DNA of 64,000 bases. Origin: Marinicella sp. Lineage in GTDB: Bacteria; Pseudomonadota; Gammaproteobacteria; Xanthomonadales; Marinicellaceae. A program made the translations under genes and the position numbers. Every line of letters starts with the position of its first letter. Position 1 is the stretch's first letter. The notes beneath the pieces are model-generated. The model was not told the DNA's origin. It did no database searches and saw only the letters and a program-made list of their open reading frames with translations. The stretch lies in the NCBI GenBank assembly GCA_965230295.1, contig OZ246001.1, positions 32,001-96,000 of the forward strand, given 5' to 3'. Positions 1 through 9,900 of the stretch are shown piece after piece.

Positions 1-840
1 ATTGAGCAAGCACAGGCGTTAAAAAATGTTGATGACATCAGTGAAGCCATAGAGTCTGCAAAGCAGCTACAACAACAGTGGAAATCTGCAGGTATCGTAA
101 AACAACACACGGAACGGAAACTTTGGAAAAAGTTTCGTAAAGCCAACGATTCAGTATTTAACCGCAGAGATGCAGCCAAGCAAGCCCTCAATGAAGCCGA
201 ACAGGCACAACGGGAACAAGCTCAGCAAATACTCAACACCCATAAAAAACAGCTACAAAAAGCCAAGGGTGTCGACGCTTTAAACAACATCAAAAATCAG
301 CTTATGCAAAGTTGGGGCGATATGGACAAGTCAGAAAAACTGTTGTCTCATGAATACAATCATTTACTGCAAAACATCAATGATGCAGTGAAACAAGACC
401 AATTCAAAGCCATCATTAATGCTTACAAAGACAAACAAAGACTGGATGAACTATATATTCAATTAGAACAAGGCAAAATTCAACCCGAACAGTTTGAGTC
501 CAAATCTGCTAAAACAGCCACTCCTGAATTATTAAGTTTCTTCAACCAACGATCAGAGTCTGAGAACAGCACAGAAGTTTTAACCAATCTGATGATCCAG
601 GGAGAGTTCATCACTGGTTTAGAAACACCTGAACAAGACATTGAAGCTCGCATGGCTTACCAGGTCAAAGTATTGTCAGAACGGATGTCAGGAGAAAAAG
701 CCCAAACCAATCAAAGCCAAGCTACCGACTGGTTAGACCATTGGTTCTTAACTACAAAACCTGACACAGGTTTTTATTCTGCCAACAAAAAAAGGATTGC
801 TGCCATCATCAAAGCCATGATGTCATTGTTGGTTGACTGA
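1..840 (+). CDS. DUF349-domain protein, C-terminal part (5' end outside window)
   Basis: Frame 1 is open from base 1 (IEQAQAL...AKQLQQQWKSAG...ERKLWKKFRKANDSVF, DUF349-like repeat) and continues into ORF 304..840. Confidence 0.75.
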   Translation: MEQAQALKNVDDISEAIESAKQLQQQWKSAGIVKQHTERKLWKKFRKANDSVFNRRDAAKQALNEAEQAQREQAQQILNTHKKQLQKAKGVDALNNIKNQLMQSWGDMDKSEKLLSHEYNHLLQNINDAVKQDQFKAIINAYKDKQRLDELYIQLEQGKIQPEQFESKSAKTATPELLSFFNQRSESENSTEVLTNLMIQGEFITGLETPEQDIEARMAYQVKVLSERMSGEKAQTNQSQATDWLDHWFLTTKPDTGFYSANKKRIAAIIKAMMSLLVD

Positions 841-1051
841 ATCCGGTTATTCCACACAAAGGGCCAAGGATGGCCTTGTTGGACAAATGGTTGTTCAGGA
901 GATTTTAATTTTTGACTTGTCAGCACAGCAGTTTCTCATTGATTGGTGGTACAGCCACCCTCTTCTAGCGATCATTCGTGACCAAAGACACATCCAATAT
1001 CAACCATTACTCAATAAAATAAATCAGTTTTATTATCATTAGAGAGAACAC

Positions 1052-3091
1052 ATGAAAAAGACTTTGCTAATTTCAGCCCTGTCATTGGGATTAATGGCTT
1101 GCCACCAAGAATCTGTGAAAAAGGACTCTGTGGCCAAAGCAGTTAACCCAGTCACCTCTGGTATCAGACTTGAGAACATGGATAAATCAATCAGACCACA
1201 AGATGACTTTTACCGACACATCAACGGCAAATGGCTGAATGAATTTGAATTACCCGCCGACAAGTCAAATTATGGCGCATTCACCAAATTGGCAGAGCTC
1301 AGTCGTGAACGGGTCAAAGAAATCATTAACGATGTATCTAAGATGAAAAACGAGCAAGGCAGCGATGAACAAAAAATCGCCGATATTTATCGCGGATTCA
1401 TGGACACTGAAACAATCAACTCATTGGGCATGAAACCGATCAAAAAGGAATTGGCCCGAATTGATGCCATCAAAGACCGTGACGGGTTAAGTGAATACAT
1501 GGGATATGCTGATATCTATGCGTCTTCTCCTTTGGGCATGTTTGTTTACATTGATCAAAAGAAATCGGATGAACACATAGTTTATGTCGGTCAAAGTGGT
1601 TTGGGTCTACCCAACCGTGACTACTATTTCAAGGAAGATGAAAAGTCGCAAAACATCCGTGATAAATACCAACAACATATCAGCAATTTATTCTCTTTAG
1701 CAGGGATAGAAAAGCCAGATGCCGCCATGCAAGCGGTATACAACATTGAAAAGGATTTAGCAGCCGGTCAGTGGACACCAATCCAGAATCGAGACCGCGA
1801 TAAAACTTACAATAAAATGAGTTTTGCGGACTTCACTGCCAAAGTACCCAATGTAAACTGGGATGCCTGGTTAACCCATACCATGATTGATAAACCAGCC
1901 AATTTAGTGGTCATCCAGCCACCCTACCTGGACACCATGAATGAAGTGATAGCAAAATACAGTCTTGATGATTGGAAGCATTACTATAAATGGCATTTAT
2001 TAACCAATGCATCGACCTACTTAAGTGAGGATTTTGAGCAAGAAAACTTTGCTTTTTATGGCACTGTTTTGACTGGTACCACTGAACAAGAACCGAGGTG
2101 GAAACGTGGTGTTGACTTGGTTAATGGCTTAACCGGCGAATTGGTCGGTAAAGTTTATGTGAAAAAACATTTCCCACCTGAAGCCAAAGAACGCATGGTT
2201 GGTTTGATTGAAAACCTGCGTGATGCTTATGGTCAAAGCATCAAAGACTTGGAGTGGATGGGAGATGAAACCAAAGTCAAAGCACTGGATAAACTGGCAA
2301 AATTTGACCCGAAAATTGGTTACCCTGATGTTTGGCGTGACTACAGCAACCTCAACATCTCTGGTGATGACTTGGTGGCTAACTTGAAAGAAGCTACCCG
2401 GTTCTTTACCCATCGCAACCGCAGTAAAATGGGACAGCCTATTGACCGCAATGAATGGGGCATGAACCCACAAACGGTTAACGCTTATTACAACCCAACC
2501 AAAAACGAAATCGTATTTCCGGCAGCCATCTTACAAGCCCCATTCTTCAATTTAGTGGCAGATGAAGCTGTTAACTACGGTGGCATTGGTGCTGTCATCG
2601 GTCATGAAATGGGTCATGGCTTTGATGACCAGGGTTCTAAATACGATGGTGATGGCAACCTGAAAAATTGGTGGACAGACGAAGACCGAGCCAATTTTGA
2701 GAAACTAACCAACAAACTGGTGAAACAGTATGATGCTTTCACCGTGGTAGATGGTACACACGTCAAAGGTGAATTCACCCAAGGTGAGAACATTGGTGAC
2801 TTGAGTGGCTTGTCAATTTCGTACAAGGCATTCAAAGCCAATTACAAAGACGATCGAGTGATTGATGGATACACCCCCGAGCAACGATTCTTTATGGGCT
2901 GGGCACAAGTCTGGATGCGTAAGTACCGTGATGAAGAATTGTTGCGTAGGATTGATGTGGATCCACATTCACCCTCTGAATTCAGGGCCAATGGAATTTT
3001 AAGGAATTTACCTGAGTTCTATGAAGCCTTTGATGTCAAACCGGGTGATGGTATGTATTTACCTCCTGAAGAACGGGTTAAGATTTGGTAA
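1052..3091 (+). CDS. M13 family zinc metalloendopeptidase (PepO/neprilysin-like), lipoprotein
   Basis: Lipobox LMAC; VNAYY, HEMGH zinc motif, GENIGD, C-terminal RVKIW. Confidence 0.93.
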   Translation: MKKTLLISALSLGLMACHQESVKKDSVAKAVNPVTSGIRLENMDKSIRPQDDFYRHINGKWLNEFELPADKSNYGAFTKLAELSRERVKEIINDVSKMKNEQGSDEQKIADIYRGFMDTETINSLGMKPIKKELARIDAIKDRDGLSEYMGYADIYASSPLGMFVYIDQKKSDEHIVYVGQSGLGLPNRDYYFKEDEKSQNIRDKYQQHISNLFSLAGIEKPDAAMQAVYNIEKDLAAGQWTPIQNRDRDKTYNKMSFADFTAKVPNVNWDAWLTHTMIDKPANLVVIQPPYLDTMNEVIAKYSLDDWKHYYKWHLLTNASTYLSEDFEQENFAFYGTVLTGTTEQEPRWKRGVDLVNGLTGELVGKVYVKKHFPPEAKERMVGLIENLRDAYGQSIKDLEWMGDETKVKALDKLAKFDPKIGYPDVWRDYSNLNISGDDLVANLKEATRFFTHRNRSKMGQPIDRNEWGMNPQTVNAYYNPTKNEIVFPAAILQAPFFNLVADEAVNYGGIGAVIGHEMGHGFDDQGSKYDGDGNLKNWWTDEDRANFEKLTNKLVKQYDAFTVVDGTHVKGEFTQGENIGDLSGLSISYKAFKANYKDDRVIDGYTPEQRFFMGWAQVWMRKYRDEELLRRIDVDPHSPSEFRANGILRNLPEFYEAFDVKPGDGMYLPPEERVKIW

Positions 3092-3118
3092 ACCTTTAAC
3101 CAACATAGACCCATGATC

Positions 3119-3146
3119 AAGGCGGAATCAAATTTCCGCCTTTTTT
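3119..3146 (+). terminator. Rho-independent terminator after M13 peptidase
   Basis: aaggcggaa-tcaaat-ttccgcctt hairpin followed by T run. Confidence 0.8.
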
Positions 3147-3147
3147 A

Positions 3148-3175
3148 TGCAACCATTTTGAAAGTCATGCGTATA
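3148..3175 (+). promoter_or_regulatory. Putative ECF sigma promoter TGCAAC-N16-CGTATA
   Basis: Matches the generic ECF AAC-N16-CGT pattern, about 35 bp upstream of the VWA gene. Confidence 0.45.
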
Positions 3176-3209
3176 GACCCATAACACCAATATAAATAGG
3201 CGATATACC

Positions 3210-4868
3210 ATGAAAAACATTTTAATCATATCTATCTTGGCTTTGTTGACCGCTTGCGCAGGCCAGCAACACAACAACAAAGAACCAGAACAGGCAGAAC
3301 TAAAACCATTTCCAAAACAAGAACTTGAGGGTGATGTTGCACTCGCTGAAGAAGCCATAACTGTGACTGGTAGCCGCATCCAGGCAAACAGAAAAGCCGT
3401 TCATGACAGCTTGGCAATGTATGCTCCTGTTGCAGTCAAACCACACCAGCCGGTCCCTATTGATCGCGATAATTATCACCATTTCGAAGATCATGCGGTG
3501 CAATCAGTTTGGCAGAACCCTGTTTCTACTTTCAGTATTGATGTAGATACAGGCTCTTATGCCAACATCAGGCGCATGTTAAATAACGGCCAAATACCCA
3601 GAAAAGATGCAGTTCGTGTCGAAGAATTGATCAATTATTTTGATTATGACTACGCCACTCCTGAAGACATCAACCAACCATTTTTGGCCAATACTGAATT
3701 GGCACCTTCTCCATGGAATGCCAATGCACATCTACTGCATATTGGAATCAAAGGTTACCAACTGCAAAACACTGAAAGACCCGCTGCCAACCTGGTGTTT
3801 TTATTGGATGTTTCCGGTTCCATGAACAGTCCAGATAAAATCGGACTGTTAAAATCATCGTTAAAATTACTGAGTAAACAAATGACGGCCAATGACTATG
3901 TCAGCATCGTTGTTTATGCGGGAGCAGCTGGCGTGGTGTTAGAGCCAACACCAGGGAATAACCAAGCCAAAATAGCCATGGCTTTGGACCGACTCAATGC
4001 AGGAGGATCTACCAATGGGGCTGCAGGCATCCACTTGGCTTACCAAATGGCTGAACAAAACTGGGTGAAAGATGGTATCAATCGGATCCTCATTGCCACC
4101 GACGGGGACTTCAATGTGGGTACCACTGATTTTGAAGCTTTGAAAGAGTTGGTTGAGAACAAACGAAAAAAAGGTATTTCATTGACCACACTTGGATTTG
4201 GGACTGGTAATTACAATGACCACTTGATGGAACAGCTGGCTGATGTGGGCAATGGTAATTATGCTTACATCGATACCATTAAAGAAGCCAACAAAGTTCT
4301 GGTCGATCAAATCAATTCAACTTTATTCACCATTGCTAAGGACGTTAAAATTCAAATTGAATTCAATCCAAATGTGGTATCTGAGTACCGCCTTATTGGC
4401 TATGAAAATCGACAACTGAACAATGAGGATTTTGCCAATGACAAGGTGGATGCAGGTGAAATTGGCGCCGGCCATACAGTCACTGCCATTTACGAGGTGA
4501 TTCTACAGGGCAATCAAGGTTGGCTCAGTGAATCCAGATATCAAAAGTCCATTGAAACACAAAACAAAGGTGATGAAGTTGCTTATTTGAAAATCAGATA
4601 CAAAGAACCGGAAGAATCAAACAGCCAATTGTTACAATGGCCCATCATGAAAAGCCAAATCATCAGGCTCGAAAACGCAACAAATGAATTTAAATTTGCC
4701 GCTGCAGTGGCTGCATTTGGACAAATTTTAAGAGATGGAACTTACCTAAAATCATTCAGTTACGACAACATCATTACTTTGGCTCGAAATTCAAAAGGCG
4801 CTGATAAGTATGGATATAGGGGCGAATTTTTACAATTGGTTTCCTTGGCGAAAGGTTTGGCGAATTGA
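3210..4868 (+). CDS. YfbK-like von Willebrand factor A domain lipoprotein
   Basis: Lipobox LTAC; STFSIDVDTGSY, MIDAS DVSGS, TDGDFNVG, DAGEIGAGH; C-terminal RGEFLQLV. Confidence 0.9.
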   Translation: MKNILIISILALLTACAGQQHNNKEPEQAELKPFPKQELEGDVALAEEAITVTGSRIQANRKAVHDSLAMYAPVAVKPHQPVPIDRDNYHHFEDHAVQSVWQNPVSTFSIDVDTGSYANIRRMLNNGQIPRKDAVRVEELINYFDYDYATPEDINQPFLANTELAPSPWNANAHLLHIGIKGYQLQNTERPAANLVFLLDVSGSMNSPDKIGLLKSSLKLLSKQMTANDYVSIVVYAGAAGVVLEPTPGNNQAKIAMALDRLNAGGSTNGAAGIHLAYQMAEQNWVKDGINRILIATDGDFNVGTTDFEALKELVENKRKKGISLTTLGFGTGNYNDHLMEQLADVGNGNYAYIDTIKEANKVLVDQINSTLFTIAKDVKIQIEFNPNVVSEYRLIGYENRQLNNEDFANDKVDAGEIGAGHTVTAIYEVILQGNQGWLSESRYQKSIETQNKGDEVAYLKIRYKEPEESNSQLLQWPIMKSQIIRLENATNEFKFAAAVAAFGQILRDGTYLKSFSYDNIITLARNSKGADKYGYRGEFLQLVSLAKGLAN

Positions 4869-4892
4869 TTGAAAAATCGATAAAATAATGGG

Positions 4893-5453
4893 ATGAACAA
4901 AACCCAAGACAACAAGAAAAACTCACCAACCCAAAAGATCTTATGGGTCGGGTTGGTGGGTTTGATACTGGCAATTTCATTGTTCTTGTTTATCCCGACC
5001 AAGCAAAACAACCCATCAGAACAAACCAAACAGACTGGTCAAGAAATCAACCAACCTCTTGAACAAACCACACTTCAAAGTGACAAGAATGAAACCAACA
5101 CTGACTCCACTGACGCCCAACCAAAACAAGGCGCATCCATGGCAGAGATACAAGACATCATTGAGGAGCAAGGCCGTTTATCAATCACTGGCAAGCCCAT
5201 TGACAGAGCAGCATTGAAAGCCAATAAAGCCAAGATGATGGATGAGTTAATGATTAAGAAAAGAACCATCAACGCCAGTACCATGAGTCCCTTAATGGCC
5301 CTTGAGTATGAACAATTTGGTCGTTACCTTGATCGTGGACAATATGATTTGGCTGACCAACTACTTACTGACATGCAAGAATCCTGGCCTGAGTATGACT
5401 ATGAAGACATGATCTATCGACTGGCATTGGCTGAAACCGGCACGAACCAATAA
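4893..5453 (+). CDS. Single-pass membrane protein of unknown function
   Basis: N-terminal TM helix, Q/T-rich linker, short helical C-terminal domain; 24 bp downstream of the VWA gene. Confidence 0.7.
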   Translation: MNKTQDNKKNSPTQKILWVGLVGLILAISLFLFIPTKQNNPSEQTKQTGQEINQPLEQTTLQSDKNETNTDSTDAQPKQGASMAEIQDIIEEQGRLSITGKPIDRAALKANKAKMMDELMIKKRTINASTMSPLMALEYEQFGRYLDRGQYDLADQLLTDMQESWPEYDYEDMIYRLALAETGTNQ

Positions 5454-5462
5454 TCACAGAAA

Positions 5463-6356
5463 TCAGTTCAAGGCATTGGCCACTTGACTGTTTGGCGATC
5501 TACCAAGGACTTGTGAAATCTGTTTTCCTGCAGCCACCAATAAAGGTAAATCAATACCAGTTTTTATGCCCATACCATGCAGCATATAAATGACATTTTC
5601 TGTACTGACATTACCAGTGGCTCCTTTTGCATACGGACACCCACCGATGCCAGCAACCGATGAATCGATCACTGTTGCACCCAACTCTAAGCAAGCGTGA
5701 ATATTGGCCAGGGCCTGCCCATAAGTGTCATGAAAATGCAACGCCAATCGATTGATAGGAATGTCTTCTGCACATAAACTGAACATGTGTTGTGCAGCCT
5801 TTGGGGTTCCGGTTCCAATGGTGTCTCCCAGAGAAACTTCATAACAACCCATATCATGCAATTGCCTGGCCACTGTTGCCACCATGGCAGGATCAATTTC
5901 GCCTTCATATGGACAGCCCAAAACACAAGACACATAGCCTCGGACTTTCATGTGATTTGCATGGGCATGTTCAATTACGGGTTTGAATCGTTTGAATGAT
6001 TCTGCTATGGAACAATTGATGTTTTTTTGATTGAAGGATTCTGATGCTGCGGTAAACACCGCGACTTCTTTGATGCCTGATTCTATGGCTGCTTCTAAGC
6101 CTTTCATGTTCGGTGTCAATGCTGAATAGTGGACTTCAGGGTCTTCTGTTAATCCCGCACAAACTGCTTTGGCATCTGCCAATTGAGGCACCCATTTGGG
6201 TGAAACAAACCCGGTCACCTCTATGTTCTTGACCCCTGCTCTTCTTAAACCATTAATCAATGCCAGTTTATCAGCGACTGAAATGACTTGTTTTTCGTTC
6301 TGTAAGCCGTCCCTGGGTGAAACTTCAACGATCTTAATGCTTGATGGCAAATTCAT
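5463..6356 (-). CDS. liuE: Hydroxymethylglutaryl-CoA lyase
   Basis: EVSPRDGLQNE, LHFHDTYGQA, GGCPYAKGATGN. Confidence 0.92.
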   Translation of the reverse strand: MNLPSSIKIVEVSPRDGLQNEKQVISVADKLALINGLRRAGVKNIEVTGFVSPKWVPQLADAKAVCAGLTEDPEVHYSALTPNMKGLEAAIESGIKEVAVFTAASESFNQKNINCSIAESFKRFKPVIEHAHANHMKVRGYVSCVLGCPYEGEIDPAMVATVARQLHDMGCYEVSLGDTIGTGTPKAAQHMFSLCAEDIPINRLALHFHDTYGQALANIHACLELGATVIDSSVAGIGGCPYAKGATGNVSTENVIYMLHGMGIKTGIDLPLLVAAGKQISQVLGRSPNSQVANALN

Positions 6357-8245
6357 GCTGGATCCAGTTCGACCAATACAACTTCAGCCTGAACCTGGTC
6401 AGTCGTTTGGAAAAGAACTTCTTTAATGGTTGCATCGCGCTCTGCTTTTAATTCCAACTCCATTTTCATGGCTTCCATAACCACCAAAGTTTGACCTGCT
6501 TTCACTGCTTCACCTGATTTCACTTTCATTTCAATGATCTTACCAGGCATGGGGGCATAAATGGCATTGGCGTTTGATGCAGATGATTTGGCTTCAAAGT
6601 CAGGTAAAGTGAACTCATAACGAAGGTCATTGTGGATCACTTGAACCTGATTGCGGTGCGTGTGGCATTGATCATGTTGAGTAGGAAAATAATGATCCTG
6701 GCCATTGATCAAATAGGCGTCGTGCTCCCATGTCACACTGAACTGGTGTTCGTCGCCTTGGTGAGTGAGGTTTATGATCAGTGGTTCATTACCTTGTATT
6801 CTCCAGCCATTTGCTTGTTGCCAAGCAGCCTCGGATTCAGATTGATTCAATAAATGATTGGCGAAAATCACCACCACTTCAGGTACCAATGTCGTTGCCA
6901 ACTCCAATTCCCCATTGTCTAAGGAATTGGTAAAAATCTGATGTTTCTTAAAGGCTTTTGTTGCCAACAACTGGGACAAAAAGGCCACGTTGGTTTTCAC
7001 ACCAAAAATGGCACTTTGATTCAGAACATGCTGCATTTTCTTGATACAAGCGGATCGGTTTTCGGCCCAAACCACCAATTTAGCGATCATCGGGTCATAA
7101 TGAATGGTGACTGAATCACTGGTCCTGACTCCAGAATCCACCAAAACATGTTCACCTGGAAAAAATTTCACCTGCTCCAATAAGCCAGTTGATGGTAGGT
7201 AGTTATTTTGTGGGTCCTCTGCATACAGCCTGACTTGTATGGCATGACCACGTTCATGTATCTCTGTTTGTTTTAATGGTAGATGATGTCCTTCAGCGAC
7301 TCGTATTTGCCACTCAACCAAATCAATACCAGTGATCATCTCAGTCACACGATGTTCTACTTGTAAACGGGTGTTCATTTCCATGAAATAAAATGAATCA
7401 TCACCATCCATGATGAATTCAATCGTACCGGCACCGACATAATCAATGGCTTGTGTTGCTTTGATGGCGGCATTGAGCATGTCAGTTCTTGTGGCATCAC
7501 TCAAGCCGGCTGCTGGCGCCTCTTCAATGACTTTTTGGTATCGGCGCTGGGTTGAACAATCTCTTTCAAACAAATGAACCACATGACCATGCTGGTCAGC
7601 AAACACTTGCACCTCAATGTGTTTAGGTTGGGTGATGTATTTTTCTAAAATCACTTGGTCATCACCAAAAGCGTTCATGGCCTCTCTTTTGGCTGAATTC
7701 AGTTGATTGGCGAAATCGTCACGGCTATGAACAATTTTCATGCCTTTACCACCGCCGCCTGCAACTGCTTTGATCAACACCGGATATCCAATCTCATCAG
7801 CAGCATGCTGCAGCGTGGCTTCAGCCTGATCTTCATCCTGATAGCCTGGGACACAAGGCACATCAGCTTGCAACATGGTTTGCTTGGCAGCTGATTTTGA
7901 GCCCATCAAACTCAAAGCAGATGCCGGGGCTCCGATGAAAATTATCCCGCTGGCCTCTAAGGCTTCAGCAAATGCTGCACGCTCTGACAAAAACCCATAA
8001 CCGGGATGTACAGCATCAGCACCATGTTTTTTAGCGGCTGCAATGATTTTCTCAATATTGAGGTAAGAATCTGCCAGATCAGTGCTGCCTAAATGACAAG
8101 CTTCATCTGCCATTTGAACATGTTTGGCATGCCTGTCTGCATCGGCAAAAACTGCCACGGTTTTGATGTTTAAGTGGCGACATGTGTTGATGATTCGAAC
8201 CGCAATTTCACCACGATTGGCAATCAATATTTTTGAAATGGGCAT
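6353..8245 (-). CDS. liuD: Biotin carboxylase/BCCP subunit (methylcrotonyl-CoA carboxylase alpha type)
   Basis: IANRGEIA, HPGYGFLSE, EMNTRLQVEH, biotin-lysine EAMKM; overlaps the HMG-CoA lyase gene by 4 bp. Confidence 0.85.
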   Translation of the reverse strand: MPISKILIANRGEIAVRIINTCRHLNIKTVAVFADADRHAKHVQMADEACHLGSTDLADSYLNIEKIIAAAKKHGADAVHPGYGFLSERAAFAEALEASGIIFIGAPASALSLMGSKSAAKQTMLQADVPCVPGYQDEDQAEATLQHAADEIGYPVLIKAVAGGGGKGMKIVHSRDDFANQLNSAKREAMNAFGDDQVILEKYITQPKHIEVQVFADQHGHVVHLFERDCSTQRRYQKVIEEAPAAGLSDATRTDMLNAAIKATQAIDYVGAGTIEFIMDGDDSFYFMEMNTRLQVEHRVTEMITGIDLVEWQIRVAEGHHLPLKQTEIHERGHAIQVRLYAEDPQNNYLPSTGLLEQVKFFPGEHVLVDSGVRTSDSVTIHYDPMIAKLVVWAENRSACIKKMQHVLNQSAIFGVKTNVAFLSQLLATKAFKKHQIFTNSLDNGELELATTLVPEVVVIFANHLLNQSESEAAWQQANGWRIQGNEPLIINLTHQGDEHQFSVTWEHDAYLINGQDHYFPTQHDQCHTHRNQVQVIHNDLRYEFTLPDFEAKSSASNANAIYAPMPGKIIEMKVKSGEAVKAGQTLVVMEAMKMELELKAERDATIKEVLFQTTDQVQAEVVLVELDPA

Positions 8246-8487
8246 GGTAATCGAGTGCTAGATAAAGTGTCATATTATACCCCAGCTAACGGTTAATTGA
8301 TTGACCCAAAATCAACTTAAAAACAACTAATTAATGAGCGGTTTTACTGACTGGTATATGATCCTTCCGGTGTCGAAAAACTGATCAGACAGTTGGCATA
8401 AACACGCCTGTTAAAAAACCAGTCTTTTTGCTGCTGAACAATTTTTAGTTTGTTAAGATAATAGAACTGAATAATCAGGAGTCAGTC

Positions 8488-9897
8488 ATGCGAAACCGAT
8501 GTCATGCAATTTTAATCTTGTTGCTTCTTGCTGTGTCATGCTTGAGTATAGGCGCTGATAAAGGTCTGTTACCACCCAGTAAGAACACCTTAAAATCATT
8601 AAATGTGCAAGCTCGTTCAGCCGATAAGGCCATACCTGTTGAGCAAAGTTGGCACCTCTCTAAAAGCGAATCCCAAGGTTTAATGAACAGCCGACTCAAC
8701 GAAAAAGTATCAATCTCTGGTTTTCCGGCAGCCATTACAAATACACATTCAGACACACACACGAAGCGATTGAAAGATGTGGAACTTACTCGCTACGATT
8801 TCATGTCACCAGGGGCCACAATCACTTTGATCAGCGACTCTGGTCAAGTGACTATAAAGCAACCGGAATTAATGGCTTTCAGTTCATCCGAACATGGCAT
8901 TGGTATATTGTTAAACCCAAAAACTGGTGACATCACCGGCATGTTCAATCAATCTGGTGTCTCAATGGACATCAGTGGTAACATCCAAACCGGCCTCGAT
9001 TTAAGGCGCAATGATGAAGGCATACCTGGGGATGAAAGAAGTCAACAATGCCATACGGCCATGGCCGATCAGCCAGGTGATGTATTGGCAGATTTAACAA
9101 CAGATATGATGTCTAACTCACTGGCACTCAACAACCGTGGGACGATTGATTATGAAACCGTCGTTGCTGTGGATACCGACAATGAATGGATGCTTGGCAA
9201 AGGTAACAACACCACCACGGCTTTTAACTACATTGCCAGCTTATTTGTGAATATGAATGTCTTCTTCGAACGTGATTTGGCCTTGCGTGTACTGATTGGC
9301 AATGTCACCTTGCGAACCACCTCCGACCCCTACCCAACTGTTTCCAGCATAGTCGATTCATTGAATGATTTTGGAGAGTATTGGCGGGTCAACAATGATG
9401 CCATAGATCGAGATTTTACTGTTTTGTTGAGCGGGCAAAGCATTGGCAGTCTTTCTTTTTCAGGTATAGCATGGATCAATCAGTATTGCGAAAATGGCTT
9501 TTTACAAAATGGTGGCACCGAAACTGTGGGCAGTTACAGCGTAAACCGAATTGGTAGCAGCCTTTCAACAAGCTTCACGGCACCTTTTTTGGCACACGAA
9601 TTGGGCCACAACATGGGATCACCCCATACCCATTGTTATATACCAGCTGTTGATGAGTGCTTTAATGGCGAAAGCGGTTGTTTTTCAGGCAGTGTTGTTT
9701 CTTGTCCGGCGGGTGGTTCAGGGACCATCATGAGCTATTGCCATTTTGGCCCACCCAATGGTGCCGACTGTGGCCCCAGCGACGAAGAATTTCACCCCAC
9801 AGTGATTTCATTGTTTAACAGCAGAATTCTCAGCAATTTTCCCAGCTGTATTCAGGCTTTAGGTTCGGACATTATTTTTGCTGACAGTTTCGACTGA
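8488..9897 (+). CDS. Secreted M12B/reprolysin-like metzincin metalloprotease
   Basis: Signal peptide, HELGHNMGSPH (HExxHxxGxxH), Met-turn TIMSY, Cys-rich region, C-terminal DIIFADSFD. Confidence 0.85.
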   Translation: MRNRCHAILILLLLAVSCLSIGADKGLLPPSKNTLKSLNVQARSADKAIPVEQSWHLSKSESQGLMNSRLNEKVSISGFPAAITNTHSDTHTKRLKDVELTRYDFMSPGATITLISDSGQVTIKQPELMAFSSSEHGIGILLNPKTGDITGMFNQSGVSMDISGNIQTGLDLRRNDEGIPGDERSQQCHTAMADQPGDVLADLTTDMMSNSLALNNRGTIDYETVVAVDTDNEWMLGKGNNTTTAFNYIASLFVNMNVFFERDLALRVLIGNVTLRTTSDPYPTVSSIVDSLNDFGEYWRVNNDAIDRDFTVLLSGQSIGSLSFSGIAWINQYCENGFLQNGGTETVGSYSVNRIGSSLSTSFTAPFLAHELGHNMGSPHTHCYIPAVDECFNGESGCFSGSVVSCPAGGSGTIMSYCHFGPPNGADCGPSDEEFHPTVISLFNSRILSNFPSCIQALGSDIIFADSFD

Positions 9898-9900
9898 AAA

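Noticed and set aside
833-1042. 69-aa ORF between the DUF349 gene and the M13 peptidase
   Set aside because: TTG start, no clear RBS and no recognisable motif; probably the peptidase promoter region
5463-8245. liuD-liuE without liuABC
   Set aside because: Split leucine-degradation clusters are ordinary; the other genes probably lie outside the window
8393-8407. Possible sigma-54 promoter (TGGCA...GC) upstream of the metalloprotease
   Set aside because: GG-to-GC spacing is 9 nt rather than the required 10
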